51,441 bases of DNA from Actinomycetota bacterium (GCA_041166245.1 JBEEFQ010000014.1:1-51441); one strand, 5' to 3'; counted from the stretch's first letter, positions 17,579 through 27,155 are shown. Numbers and translations: made by a program. Notes: generated from the sequence alone by a model not told the origin.

Positions 17579-19434
17579 CAGCTCGCTCCTCGCGCCGGCT
17601 GCAGGTTCCGTACCCCGCCGCCGCGCACCGCGCTCGACGGCCGGGGCCGGCCGCGCTCGCCACCCCCAGCGAGCAGGCGGCTCAGGCCCCAACCGATCAG
17701 CCACACCCAGCCGATGCCGACCAGGGCGAGCGTGCCGTAGGCGACGGCTTGCAAAGCCGGGGATCCGCCGACGAACTCGCGCTGCAGGATCTGCTTGTCG
17801 GGCACGAAGCGCCGGGTGAAGGACTCATGGGGCAGCACCGCGCTGGCCGGGATGCCCGGGTCGGCGGGCATGTAGACGGGCACGGCGGCAAGCGTCGAGC
17901 CCTTCTGCAGGCGGATGATCGCCTTCCACTCGCCGTGCACCGGGACGGGTTTCGTCGTCCGCCACACGCCGGGGCTCACGCGCTCCAGCGGATCGATGAG
18001 GAGCTGCTCGCGCTGCCAATCCGCGCCTTGCCACGCGGTCAGGTTGAAGAAGGCGGCGGCGTCGGCCGCGGAGGCGGGGCTGACGGTGACGGTGGCGCTG
18101 ACCGTCCGCTCGGGCACGGGGGTCAGCTCTTCGATACGAACCGTGGCGGTGAGGCCGTCGCCGGCGTTGGTGCCCATGGGCCACACCAGGGCGGCGACGA
18201 CGACGGCACCCGCGAGTGCCCCCGCCCACCGAGGAACCGATCGAGCTGCCACCTCGCCGCCGACCAGCGCTCGACCGATGAGCCCGCCCAGCACGCCGCC
18301 AGCAACGCCGGCGGCCACGGCCCACACGATCGCCTCGGGAAGGAGGTCGGCGGTCCACGGAAGCGGGAGGAACCGCTGCGACCACGCCCATTCCGACGCA
18401 AGCCCCACGGTGCCGATGGCGAGACCACTGACCGCGCCGAGGGCGACGGGCCGCTCACGCGGGATCAGGAAGGCAACGGCCTCGATCAGCAGCGCCTCGA
18501 CGAGGAAGAGTGGGAAGTGAGGCATGGTTCGCCCGAGCACGCCGCCGACGAGCAGGGCCAGTCCGCCCCGCAGCACCAGGAAGAAGACGGCGGCGCCGAG
18601 GGCGGCGCCCCGGCCGAGCCGCACGCGTGCGGCGACGAGGCCGATGCCCGCCGCCAGCGCGATGAGGATGGGCTGGAACACGAGCCGGAACTGCGGCGCA
18701 CCGAAGTCGAACTCGGCCTGCAACGCGGCGAGGCCGACGAGGAACGCGCCCGCCATGGGCAACTCGACCGCCAGGTTGGGGGTGGTGACGCCGACGGCGC
18801 GCGAGCCCTCGACGTAGAGGACCCACATCGAGATGGTGGCGAGCGCGGCGCCGGAGACCATCTGCACGTGGGTCGGGCCCCAGAGCGTCACGTCCTGGCC
18901 GAAGATGCGGTGCCACACGTCGTCGAGCGGGAAGCCGGCCAGCGCGATCACGCCGCAGCCGAGCAGCATGAGCCCGCCGACGGGCGCCCGCCACGTCTTG
19001 GTCAGCTGCACGGCGCCGGGGTGCTCGTCGTCATCGGCCAGTAGCACCGCCAGGAAGCCGGCGAGGGCGATGCCCGCCAGGCCGAAGAGAATGAACCAAT
19101 GGGCGGGGTTGGCGAACGGACCCGGGTCTCGGCCGTTGTCGATGTGGGTGGACACGTCCCAGTAGAAGCCGAACACGGCCAGCAGGAGCGAGCCGGTGGT
19201 GACTGCGATCGGCAGCGACGCCCACGGCGGCAGCGATCGCAGAGCGGGGTGACGACTGGCCAGGTTCCCGAGGAACGACACCCCGCCGAAGCGGCCGGCC
19301 CGGTGGGCCCTGGCGATCAGGGCCAAGGCAACCAGGCCGACGATGCCGACCACCGTGGCCGGGATCAGGTCCTGGGTCGGGGTGCCCCGGGCGGGGTCGA
19401 CGACGGCGGTTGCGGCGGCGAGGACGAGCGACAT
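17578..19434 (-). CDS. large polytopic membrane protein of unknown function (about 12 TM plus a C-terminal extracytoplasmic domain)
   Basis: 618 aa with His-containing loop motifs FYWDVSTHIDNGRDPGPFANPAHW and LDDVWHRIFGQDVTLWGPTHV. Its stop overlaps the WS/DGAT start by 1 nt (TGATG). Confidence 0.7.
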   Translation of the reverse strand: MSLVLAAATAVVDPARGTPTQDLIPATVVGIVGLVALALIARAHRAGRFGGVSFLGNLASRHPALRSLPPWASLPIAVTTGSLLLAVFGFYWDVSTHIDNGRDPGPFANPAHWFILFGLAGIALAGFLAVLLADDDEHPGAVQLTKTWRAPVGGLMLLGCGVIALAGFPLDDVWHRIFGQDVTLWGPTHVQMVSGAALATISMWVLYVEGSRAVGVTTPNLAVELPMAGAFLVGLAALQAEFDFGAPQFRLVFQPILIALAAGIGLVAARVRLGRGAALGAAVFFLVLRGGLALLVGGVLGRTMPHFPLFLVEALLIEAVAFLIPRERPVALGAVSGLAIGTVGLASEWAWSQRFLPLPWTADLLPEAIVWAVAAGVAGGVLGGLIGRALVGGEVAARSVPRWAGALAGAVVVAALVWPMGTNAGDGLTATVRIEELTPVPERTVSATVTVSPASAADAAAFFNLTAWQGADWQREQLLIDPLERVSPGVWRTTKPVPVHGEWKAIIRLQKGSTLAAVPVYMPADPGIPASAVLPHESFTRRFVPDKQILQREFVGGSPALQAVAYGTLALVGIGWVWLIGWGLSRLLAGGGERGRPRPSSAVRGGGVRNLQPARGAS

Positions 19435-19507
19435 GGAGCCCCTATACCCATCTCGCCATCATTTCATGGCACATTTCTTCGTGGCAAGAGGGTATGCTGC
19501 ACGTCAC

Positions 19508-20263
19508 ATGACGATCGACGAGCTGGCCCGTCGAGCGGGCACGACGAGCCGCAATGTCCGCGCCTACCAGGAGCGCGGCCTGCTGCCGCCGCCGGAGCGG
19601 ACGGGCCGGGTCGGGATGTACGGCGAGGGTCACTTGGCCCGTCTGCGCCTCATCGCCAACCTCACCGAGCGGGGCTTCTCGCTCGCGTCCATCGCCGCCC
19701 TCCTGCGGGCGTGGGAGCGGGGCCACAGCATCCGCGACCTGCTCGAGGTGGAGGAGGCCGTCACCTCCCTCGACGAAGCACCGCCGGTCGTCGTCAGTCT
19801 CGACGAGCTGGCTGAGCAGTTCGGGGCCGCCGACGCCGAAGCCACGGCACGCGCCGTGGAGCTCGGCCTGCTCGAACCGGTTCCGAACGACGACGGAACA
19901 GTCGGGACAGATGTGCTCGTCACCGCCCCCGAGCTGCTGGAGATCGGAGCGGAGCTTGTGCAGCTCGGCATCCCGGTGGGCGCGGTGGTTGACGAGGCCG
20001 CCGCCTTGATCGCCGATGCCACCCGCGTCGCCGATCGCTTCGTCGGCCTCTTCACCACCTACGTCGTCGACCCCTACCTGGACAAGGGTCTGAGCGACGC
20101 CGAGCTGCGCAGCCTGGCCGAGAAGGTCCGCGCCGCCCGCCCCCTCGGCGCCCGCGCCCTGGAGCGGTCCCTCGCCCGGGCCATGACCCTGCGCCTGGCC
20201 GACGAGGTCAGCCGCATCGTCGAGGCCGAGAGCGACCAGGGCGGCCAGTCCGCCACGTCCTGA
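19508..20263 (+). CDS. MerR family transcriptional regulator
   Basis: ATG at 19508. MTIDELARRAGTTSRNVRAYQERGLLPPP is a MerR winged HTH. It is divergent from the membrane protein / WS-DGAT pair. Confidence 0.85.
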   Translation: MTIDELARRAGTTSRNVRAYQERGLLPPPERTGRVGMYGEGHLARLRLIANLTERGFSLASIAALLRAWERGHSIRDLLEVEEAVTSLDEAPPVVVSLDELAEQFGAADAEATARAVELGLLEPVPNDDGTVGTDVLVTAPELLEIGAELVQLGIPVGAVVDEAAALIADATRVADRFVGLFTTYVVDPYLDKGLSDAELRSLAEKVRAARPLGARALERSLARAMTLRLADEVSRIVEAESDQGGQSATS

Positions 20264-20284
20264 GCAGCGCGCTCTCGCCCGGCG

Positions 20285-22726
20285 TCAGTCGAGCGCCGCT
20301 CGTGCCAGTGAGACGGGTTCGCTGCCGGCCATCAGCCAGCTAGCGATGACCGCGATGAACGGCACGCCGAGGAGGGTGACGACGAGCTCGAGAACGGGCA
20401 CCTGGCGGAGCGAGGACAGATCCTCGAAGTAGCCGGCGACGATGGCGAGGTACGCACCACCGATCCCGAGCACAGCGCCGAGCAAGCCGAGGGCGCCCGC
20501 GGTGACGGCGGTCAGGGTGCGGCGGGTGGTGCTCGTCGCTCCGGTTGCCGCGAGGGTGCGCAGGTCGCGGGCCGACTCGCCGCGGACGAGACCAACGGTC
20601 ATGGCGAGCACGCCGAGGGCGAGGAGCATGCCCGCGCCCGTGGCCGCGAGCCGGGTCACTGTCAGGTCGGACTGGCTTTGGCGGGCCTCGACTGTGAGCC
20701 CGGTATGAGCGGCGCGGTGGCGCGCGCCGGCGAGCTGGGCGTCGGTGAACGGCGTCGGCGACTCGACGAGCCATCCGACGGCCATTGGCGCGAGCCCCCG
20801 ACGGCGGAGGCCCTCGGGCGTCATGAGGACTGTGGGCATCGACGAGTAGGGCGGCGCGTCGATCACCTGCACCTTCACGGCCTCCCGAAACGCGTTTGGC
20901 CCCTTCGACGGGACGATCACGCGGTGGACCTCACGCCTGGTGACCAGCACGTCGGTGTCCGGCTGGATGTCCTGGGGGTCGATGTCGAGGCGCCGCAGGA
21001 CCGCCGGGCTGGCGACGTAGAGGCGGCCCGCGTCCCGGAAGGTGTGTGGGCTCACCTGCCAGGCCAGTGCGACGGCGGGTCGGACGACCTGGCCGCGCGT
21101 CGTCTCTCTGGACGTCGGATCGACGACCGCCTCGAGGGCAATGACGGTCGGGGCATCGAGGCCGGCGGCGATGCGCTCGACCTCGGACCGCATCGTGACC
21201 AGCTCGGCAGAGGTGTGGTCCGGGACGGCCTCGCCCGGACCGTCGCTCCTCACGGCGCGCAGCAGGACCTGGCGGGTCGACAGGTTGCCCTCGGCCGCGG
21301 TGGGCGCGGCGGCGGTGGCGATGACGACGATCGCAACTGCGATGCCGAGACCCAGGCTGATGGCGGCGAGGGCCGCTCCGGAGCGGGCCTGGTGGCGGGC
21401 GAGGTCCCGCAGCGCCAACCGTCCAGCGACGGGCAGTCGACCGGCCGTCGCCGCGAGCACGCGAATGGCGAGGGGGCTGGCGAAGAGCACACCCAGGACG
21501 ATGGCCAGGATGCCGCCTATCACGAGGGCGGGATTGGCCTCGTCCTTCGTGCTGTCGATCCCGACGGCCAGACACGCGAAGCCGGCGGCGAGCAACAGAA
21601 CGGCGGCCACCGCCGAGCGCCGGGCCGGCTTGGGACGGGGCGGTCGAGCGGAGAGGGCCTCGGTGATCGGGACCCGCGCCATGGCCCGGGCGGGCCACCA
21701 CGCCGCGGCTGTCGCCGTCGCGACGGCGAGCGCCATGCCCACGGCGACCACCCACCACGGCACGTCGAAGGTGGCGATGCGATGACCTGCGGGCTCCTCG
21801 AGCCGCGGCGCCAGGGCGACCCACCCGAGCAACCCGAGGGCGGCGCCGAGCACAGCGGCGACGGCCCCGACCAGCACGCCGTTGGCCAGCACCACGAGTC
21901 GCAGGTGACGGTCGGTGGCGCCGATGGCGGCGAGCATGCCGAGCTGACGGAGCCGGCGCTGCGCGATCACGACGAATCCCGCCGCGGCAACCAGGCCGAT
22001 GAGCAGCAGCACCACGGTGGAGAGGGCCAGCACCAGCACCGCGCCGGTGGTTTTCTCCGTCGCCCCGATCCGCTCAGGCCGCACCCTGCTCTGCAGCTCG
22101 GCGGGCAGGCCCTGTCCCTCGCCACCACCTCGGGCAAGGACATCCACCGATTCCGGGACGTCGGCGTGACCCGGGGCGACAAGCGCGAACTCGTCGTCCA
22201 GGTCGGACGGGTTCTCGACCAGCCCGACCACCGTGCGCTGGCGTCCGTCGAAGACGAACGTCGAACCGACGCCGACATCGAGCAACCTCGCCGTTCCGTC
22301 GGAGAGGGCGAACTCGCCAGGTGCCCTCGGGTAGCGACCCTGGCGCAGCGCGAGCAGCGAACCGCTGAGCCGGCCGCCGGGCTCCATCGCTCGCAGGTCC
22401 ACCATCTCGACCGACCCGGGAACGGCCACCGGGCGGTGGCCGATCACGTCGACGGGGCCTGTCCACTGGTTGATGGCGGCGATGTCGGCGTCGAGCGAGG
22501 AGGTTCGATCCGGCCGCAGCTGGATACGCCGATCGGCCGAGCCGACCTCCCCGTTGTTCGACGGGGTCACGTTGTACGCGGCCGCCGCGCTCAAGATCGC
22601 AGCCGCCACCGCGACAGTGATGAGGGCCAGCACGAGAAGCTGCTGGCGCCACTCGCGACGGAACATGCGCGCAGCCCAGCGCACCACGGCCCGGCGGGCC
22701 GCGACACCGCCGTTGCTCGTCGTCAC
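20285..22726 (-). CDS. ABC transporter permease with two FtsX domains (MacB/YbbP-like)
   Basis: GTG at 22726 overlaps the ATPase stop (GTGA). It is about 813 aa with two blocks of four TM helices and large extracytoplasmic loops. Confidence 0.85.
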   Translation of the reverse strand: MTTSNGGVAARRAVVRWAARMFRREWRQQLLVLALITVAVAAAILSAAAAYNVTPSNNGEVGSADRRIQLRPDRTSSLDADIAAINQWTGPVDVIGHRPVAVPGSVEMVDLRAMEPGGRLSGSLLALRQGRYPRAPGEFALSDGTARLLDVGVGSTFVFDGRQRTVVGLVENPSDLDDEFALVAPGHADVPESVDVLARGGGEGQGLPAELQSRVRPERIGATEKTTGAVLVLALSTVVLLLIGLVAAAGFVVIAQRRLRQLGMLAAIGATDRHLRLVVLANGVLVGAVAAVLGAALGLLGWVALAPRLEEPAGHRIATFDVPWWVVAVGMALAVATATAAAWWPARAMARVPITEALSARPPRPKPARRSAVAAVLLLAAGFACLAVGIDSTKDEANPALVIGGILAIVLGVLFASPLAIRVLAATAGRLPVAGRLALRDLARHQARSGAALAAISLGLGIAVAIVVIATAAAPTAAEGNLSTRQVLLRAVRSDGPGEAVPDHTSAELVTMRSEVERIAAGLDAPTVIALEAVVDPTSRETTRGQVVRPAVALAWQVSPHTFRDAGRLYVASPAVLRRLDIDPQDIQPDTDVLVTRREVHRVIVPSKGPNAFREAVKVQVIDAPPYSSMPTVLMTPEGLRRRGLAPMAVGWLVESPTPFTDAQLAGARHRAAHTGLTVEARQSQSDLTVTRLAATGAGMLLALGVLAMTVGLVRGESARDLRTLAATGATSTTRRTLTAVTAGALGLLGAVLGIGGAYLAIVAGYFEDLSSLRQVPVLELVVTLLGVPFIAVIASWLMAGSEPVSLARAALD

Positions 22727-23448
22727 TGCGCGGGCCTGGACGCGAGGAGCGACTCGGGACCGGCAGGCGCGACCGTCTGGTCCACGATGCGCCCGTCGCG
22801 CAGGAACACCACTCGGTCGGCCCACGATGCCAGCTGGGCGTCATGGGTGACGATCACGCCCGCCACGCCTCGCTTGCACGCGGTGCGCAGCAGGCGCATC
22901 ACCGCCTCGCCGTTGACGGAGTCGAGTGCCCCCGTGGGCTCGTCGGCCAGCAGCAACCGGCGTTCGCCGACCACAGCCCTGGCGATGGCCACCCGCTGGC
23001 GCTCGCCCCCCGACAGCTCGTCTGGGAAGCTCGCGGCCCGGTCTCCGAGACCCAGCTCGGTCAATGCACCGACACCGGCGGCACGAGCCGCCTTGGCGCT
23101 GACGCCGTCGAGCTCGAGGGGAAGGGAGACGTTCTCGGCCGCGGTCAGACCGGGGAGCAGGTTGAAGTCCTGGAAGACGTAGCCGATCGATCGCCGGCGC
23201 ATGCGAGCCCGGTCGTTCCTCGCCATGTCCGACAGGAGCGTCCCGTCGACCCAGACCTCCCCGGTCGTCGGTTCCTCGAGACTGCCGGCGATGGTCAGCA
23301 GCGAGCTCTTGCCGGACCCGCTCGGGCCCATGATCGCCACCAGCTCGCCAGCGTCGACGTCGAGGTCGATGTCACGCAGCGCCGTCACCTCGGCGACGCC
23401 CGTCCCGTAGACCTTGGACACGGCACGCAACGCCAGCAGGGGAGTCAT
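22723..23448 (-). CDS. ABC transporter ATP-binding protein (MacB/LolD-type)
   Basis: Walker A GPSGSGKSS, signature LSGGERQR, Walker B LLLADEPTGALD. Confidence 0.92.
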   Translation of the reverse strand: MTPLLALRAVSKVYGTGVAEVTALRDIDLDVDAGELVAIMGPSGSGKSSLLTIAGSLEEPTTGEVWVDGTLLSDMARNDRARMRRRSIGYVFQDFNLLPGLTAAENVSLPLELDGVSAKAARAAGVGALTELGLGDRAASFPDELSGGERQRVAIARAVVGERRLLLADEPTGALDSVNGEAVMRLLRTACKRGVAGVIVTHDAQLASWADRVVFLRDGRIVDQTVAPAGPESLLASRPAQ

Positions 23449-24023
23449 CGCGTGACCTCCGCCTTGCGGGTTCGCGATCGGACCGGGGCCGGTTGCGCGA
23501 CTTCGGGAGCCACGTGCTTCCGCAGACGGGCGCCGGCCGCGTCGAGCCAGCGCACGACGCCCTCGAGCCGGTACAGCTCGGCATCGGCGACCAGGGCCAG
23601 ACCCACGTCGTCTTCCGGTCCCTCGGCCTTCAAGCGGGTGTAACGCTGCATCACCTCGACGAGGTGACGCCGGTGCACCTGGAGCAGCTCGTGGACGTCG
23701 ACGCCGGGCACGCGCAGGGCGACGAGCACCTTGATGACGAGCTCGTCGCGAGGGGGCGCCATCGTGTCGGGCGGTGTCCGCAGCCAGTCGGTGAGCTCGC
23801 GGCCACCGGACGAGGTGATGCGGTAGCCCTTCTTCGGTCCCTCGCCCTCACCGTCGTCGGACGCGACCAGCCCGTCGCGCTCGAGCCGCTGCAGGGTCGT
23901 GTACACCTGCCCCACGTTGAGGGGCCACACCTCACCGGTGCGGGCTTCGAACTCCTGCCTGAGCTGCAAGCCGTACTTCGGACCCTCGCTGAGCAACGCG
24001 AGCAGCGCATGGCGAATCGACAT
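23445..24023 (-). CDS. PadR family transcriptional regulator
   Basis: ATG at 24023. LLALLSEGPKYGLQLRQEFEARTGEVWPLNVGQVYTTLQRLERDGLV. Its stop overlaps the ATPase start (ATGA). Confidence 0.88.
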   Translation of the reverse strand: MSIRHALLALLSEGPKYGLQLRQEFEARTGEVWPLNVGQVYTTLQRLERDGLVASDDGEGEGPKKGYRITSSGGRELTDWLRTPPDTMAPPRDELVIKVLVALRVPGVDVHELLQVHRRHLVEVMQRYTRLKAEGPEDDVGLALVADAELYRLEGVVRWLDAAGARLRKHVAPEVAQPAPVRSRTRKAEVTR

Positions 24024-24045
24024 ACCCAGTACTATACTGAGTATG
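24021..24045. promoter_or_regulatory. 25-bp imperfect palindrome overlapping the padR start codon (candidate PadR operator)
   Basis: CATACCCAGTACTATACTGAGTATG has 20 of 25 positions self-complementary. It is AT-rich in a GC-rich genome and lies between divergent padR and the NUDIX gene. Confidence 0.5.
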
Positions 24046-24074
24046 CTTTGGCGCGCAAGGGCTACGGTGCGGGC

Positions 24075-24803
24075 GTGAACGACGCCGTCTTCGGGACACC
24101 CCTCCGCGACGCGCTGCTCGCCAACCTGGCGGCCCACGAGCGTCTCACCTTCGAGCTCGACGGCCGGCGTCACGCGGCAGTGGCGGTCGTGGTCGTCAAC
24201 AGCGACGCTGACGCGCACGGCGTCGATCGTCAGTCGGTTCCCAAGGAGCTGCTCGACGCCATCCCCGGCGCCGAGGGCATGGACCTCACTGGCAGCGTGG
24301 CCGGCACCGCGGGCGGACCGGCTGTGCTGCTGACCCGACGTGCGGCCCGGCTGCGGGCCCATGCCAGCCAGTGGGCCCTGCCGGGCGGCCGGCTCGACGA
24401 CGGCGAGGACGCGGTCGACGCCGCCCGCCGTGAGCTGCGCGAGGAGCTGGGCCTCGACCTGCCCGAGTCCGAGGTGCTCGGGCTCCTGGACGACTACCCG
24501 ACGCGGTCGGGCTACGTGATCACGCCCGTCGTGGTCTGGGGCGGCGCCGAGCCGGTGATGCACCCCAATCCCGATGAGGTCCTCTCCGTGCACCGAGTCG
24601 CCTTCCGGGAGCTGTGCCGCCCCGACTCGCCGCGCTTCGTGACCATTGCCGAGTCGGACCGGCCCGTCGTGCAGATCCCGGTCGGCCGCGACCTGATCCA
24701 CGCGCCGACCGGTGCGGTGCTCCTGCAGTTCCGCCGGGTCGCCATCGAGGGCGTGCTCGAGCGGGTCGACGGCTACGAGCAGCCCGTCTTCGCCTGGCGC
24801 TGA
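24075..24803 (+). CDS. NUDIX hydrolase (CoA pyrophosphatase-like)
   Basis: Nudix box GGRLDDGEDAVDAARRELREELGL. The start is GTG at 24075 or TTG at 24048. Confidence 0.8.
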   Translation: MNDAVFGTPLRDALLANLAAHERLTFELDGRRHAAVAVVVVNSDADAHGVDRQSVPKELLDAIPGAEGMDLTGSVAGTAGGPAVLLTRRAARLRAHASQWALPGGRLDDGEDAVDAARRELREELGLDLPESEVLGLLDDYPTRSGYVITPVVVWGGAEPVMHPNPDEVLSVHRVAFRELCRPDSPRFVTIAESDRPVVQIPVGRDLIHAPTGAVLLQFRRVAIEGVLERVDGYEQPVFAWR

Positions 24804-24808
24804 TTGTC

Positions 24809-25402
24809 GTGAGCAAGCCCTTGCAGCTCGACTTCGTCCTGTCGGCCGACGACATCGACCGCCTGCCCGACAGCCGGGCCGAGGTCGCGGTGGTGGGCCG
24901 CTCGAACGTTGGCAAGTCCTCGCTCATCAACGCCCTCGGGAACCGCAAGGCCCTGGCGCGGGTGTCCAAGACCCCGGGACGGACCCAGCTCCTCAACTGC
25001 TTCGAGTTGGCGGGCGACGATGGGGCCACCCTCGTCGATTGTCCGGGGTACGGGTACGCGGCCGTGCCGGCCCGAATGCGGGCGTCGTGGCAGCGCATGA
25101 TCGAGACCTACCTCCTCGAGCGCGACCAGTTGGAGATGATCATCGTGCTCGTCGACGGGGAGATCGGCCCGACCAAGCTCGACGTGCAGCTGCTCGACTG
25201 GCTCCGGGCCAGCACCCGGCCGCACACGGTGGTGGCCACCAAACACGACAAGGTCAAGTCCACGCAGCGGGACAAGCGCAAACGTGAGCTGGCCGCCGCG
25301 TGCAACCTCGAGCCGTCCGACGTCGTCTGGGTCAGCGCGACCAAGGGCACCGGCATCGACCGGCTGCGCGACCTCGTCCGCCTGTGGCTGGGCCGCTCGT
25401 GA
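24809..25402 (+). CDS. engB: ribosome biogenesis GTP-binding protein YihA/YsxC/EngB
   Basis: G1 GRSNVGKSSLINAL, G3 DCPGYGY, G4 TKHDK. GTG start at 24809. Confidence 0.88.
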   Translation: MSKPLQLDFVLSADDIDRLPDSRAEVAVVGRSNVGKSSLINALGNRKALARVSKTPGRTQLLNCFELAGDDGATLVDCPGYGYAAVPARMRASWQRMIETYLLERDQLEMIIVLVDGEIGPTKLDVQLLDWLRASTRPHTVVATKHDKVKSTQRDKRKRELAAACNLEPSDVVWVSATKGTGIDRLRDLVRLWLGRS

Positions 25403-25430
25403 ACGGCGGGCCGAGTACGGTCCCGTACTC

Positions 25431-26237
25431 GTGACGCACGACGGACGCCTTGCCGGCAGGATCGCGGTCATCGTCGGCGCAGGCCAGACCGCGGGCGAGA
25501 CGGTCGGCAATGGCCGTGCCACCGCCATCACGTTTGCTCGCGAGGGCGCGTCGCTGCTGCTCGTCGACCGGGACGGCGGCAGCCTGGCCCAGACGGCCGA
25601 GCAGGCCGGAGCACACGGCGGACGCGTCGAGCAGGTCGTCGCCGACGTGGCGTCCGACGAAGGCCCGCAAAGGATCGTCGACGCCGCCCTCGCGGCCTAC
25701 GGGGGCATCGACATCCTGCACAACAACGTCGGCATCGGGGCGGGCGACGGGCCGCCCCACCACCTCAGTGACGACGCCTACGACCGCATCATGGACGTCA
25801 ACCTGCGAGCCATGTGGCGGACGTGCCGGGCCGCGGTTCCGACCCTGCGGGCCAGCGACCACGGCGCCATCGTCAACATCTCGTCCCTCGCCGCCATCGC
25901 CGCCGCCGGGAACCTGACCGCCTACAAGCTCTCGAAGGCGGGGGTGAACGCCCTCACCCAGAACCTGGCCGTCACCAACGCCAAGCACGGTCTGCGGGTG
26001 AACGGCATCATGCCCGGCTTCATCGACACGCCCATGGCAGTGGACGCGCCGGCACGCGACCTCGGCACCGACCGCGCCGCCCTCGCAGACATGCGTGCCA
26101 GCATCGTGCCCCTCGGCCGTCAGGGCACGGCGTGGGACGTGGCCAACGCCGCCCTCTTCCTCGCCTCCGACGAGGCCGCCTTCATCACTGGCGTCGTGCT
26201 CGCGGTCGACGGCGGTCAGGCAGCTCGAATCGGCTGA
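25431..26237 (+). CDS. SDR family oxidoreductase
   Basis: GTG at 25431. Motifs VIVGAGQTAG (an atypical TGxxxG-type loop), NNVG, the catalytic Y-x3-K (YKLSKAG) and PGFIDTPM. Confidence 0.88.
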   Translation: MTHDGRLAGRIAVIVGAGQTAGETVGNGRATAITFAREGASLLLVDRDGGSLAQTAEQAGAHGGRVEQVVADVASDEGPQRIVDAALAAYGGIDILHNNVGIGAGDGPPHHLSDDAYDRIMDVNLRAMWRTCRAAVPTLRASDHGAIVNISSLAAIAAAGNLTAYKLSKAGVNALTQNLAVTNAKHGLRVNGIMPGFIDTPMAVDAPARDLGTDRAALADMRASIVPLGRQGTAWDVANAALFLASDEAAFITGVVLAVDGGQAARIG

Positions 26238-26320
26238 CTGTGGTCGCTTGATCGGCTCCGCCGACTGTGGTCTCTTGATCGGCTCCGCCGACTGTGGTCG
26301 CTTGATCGGCTCCGCCGACT
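26236..26320. repeat. 27-bp tandem repeat, 3 full copies plus a 4-nt partial copy
   Basis: GACTGTGGTC[G/T]CTTGATCGGCTCCGCC occurs three times (26236-26262, 26263-26289, 26290-26316), followed by GACT. Copy 2 differs by one nucleotide. The repeat fills the whole convergent spacer and touches both stop codons. Confidence 0.9.
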
Positions 26321-27155
26321 ACCGCTCGGCGCGGTACAGACGCATCGAGAGCGGACCGAAGACGACGACGAGCGCGGCGCTCCAGACGAGCACCCAGACG
26401 ATCGCCATCCCTGCGTCGGTGCCGTGCATGAGACCTCGGCCCGCCGTGGTCAGCTGGCTGACCGGGTTCACCCGCACGAACGCCTGGACCCAGCCCGGCA
26501 TGGTGGACGGGTCGACGAACACGTTACTGGCGAAGGTGAGCGGGAACAGCACCGTCATCGATGTCTGCATGACCATCTCCGGTGTCTGCAGCTTGAGGCC
26601 GACGGCCGTCCACACCCAGGACAGGCTGAAGCAGAACACCAGGAGCAGGGCGACGGCGGCGACCACGCCGAGCGGGCCGCCGTCAGGCCGGAACCCGAGC
26701 GCGACCCCCAGGGTGAGGATCACGATCGACGCGAGCGTGTAGCGCACCGCGTCGGCGAGCAGCATCCCGACCAGCACGGCCGGCCGCCAGATGGGCAGCG
26801 AGCGGAAGCGGTCGAACACCCCCTTGGAGATGTCGGTGTTGAGGGCCTGGCCGGTGTAGATGGTGATCCACGACACCGTCATGACGAGGATGCCCGGCAG
26901 CACGAACTGCAGGTACTCGCGGGGCGAGTCGGCCAGCGCCCCGCCGAACAGGTACGTGTAGAGCAGCAGGAACATGATCGGGAACGCGGTGACGTCGAAC
27001 AACTGCATCGGCACGTGCTTGATCTTGAGCATGGCCCGCCATGCGAACGTCAACGAGGCGGAGAGCGCGGTCGCGGGCGGCGGCGGCGTCCGCGTGGAGA
27101 GGGCCGACCGCAGGCTCGCTTCGCTCAGGACGGGTTCGACATCGGTGGTCGTCAT
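26319..27155 (-). CDS. ABC-2 type transporter permease (DrrB-like)
   Basis: ATG at 27155 overlaps the ATPase stop (ATGA). It has six TM segments and opens [20 protein letters not shown], typical of ABC-2 permeases. The rest of track ORF 26319-28442 is chimeric read-through. Confidence 0.85.
   Translation of the reverse strand: MTTTDVEPVLSEASLRSALSTRTPPPPATALSASLTFAWRAMLKIKHVPMQLFDVTAFPIMFLLLYTYLFGGALADSPREYLQFVLPGILVMTVSWITIYTGQALNTDISKGVFDRFRSLPIWRPAVLVGMLLADAVRYTLASIVILTLGVALGFRPDGGPLGVVAAVALLLVFCFSLSWVWTAVGLKLQTPEMVMQTSMTVLFPLTFASNVFVDPSTMPGWVQAFVRVNPVSQLTTAGRGLMHGTDAGMAIVWVLVWSAALVVVFGPLSMRLYRAER

Noticed and set aside
20678-23182. 834-aa ORF on the + strand, the longest of many similar long ORFs (others include 38772-40589, 41472-43511, 3451-4893, 44629-45912, 47060-48454 and 17749-19044).
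   Set aside because: These ORFs lie antisense to genes with clear family motifs (FtsX permease/ABC ATPase, Lhr, P450, amidase and others). Their Arg/Gly/Pro/Ala-dominated, low-complexity composition is typical of stop-codon-poor non-coding frames in high-GC DNA.
26236-26320. Possible CRISPR array.
   Set aside because: The repeats are directly adjacent with no spacers, there are only three copies, and no cas genes are in the window. It is a tandem minisatellite.
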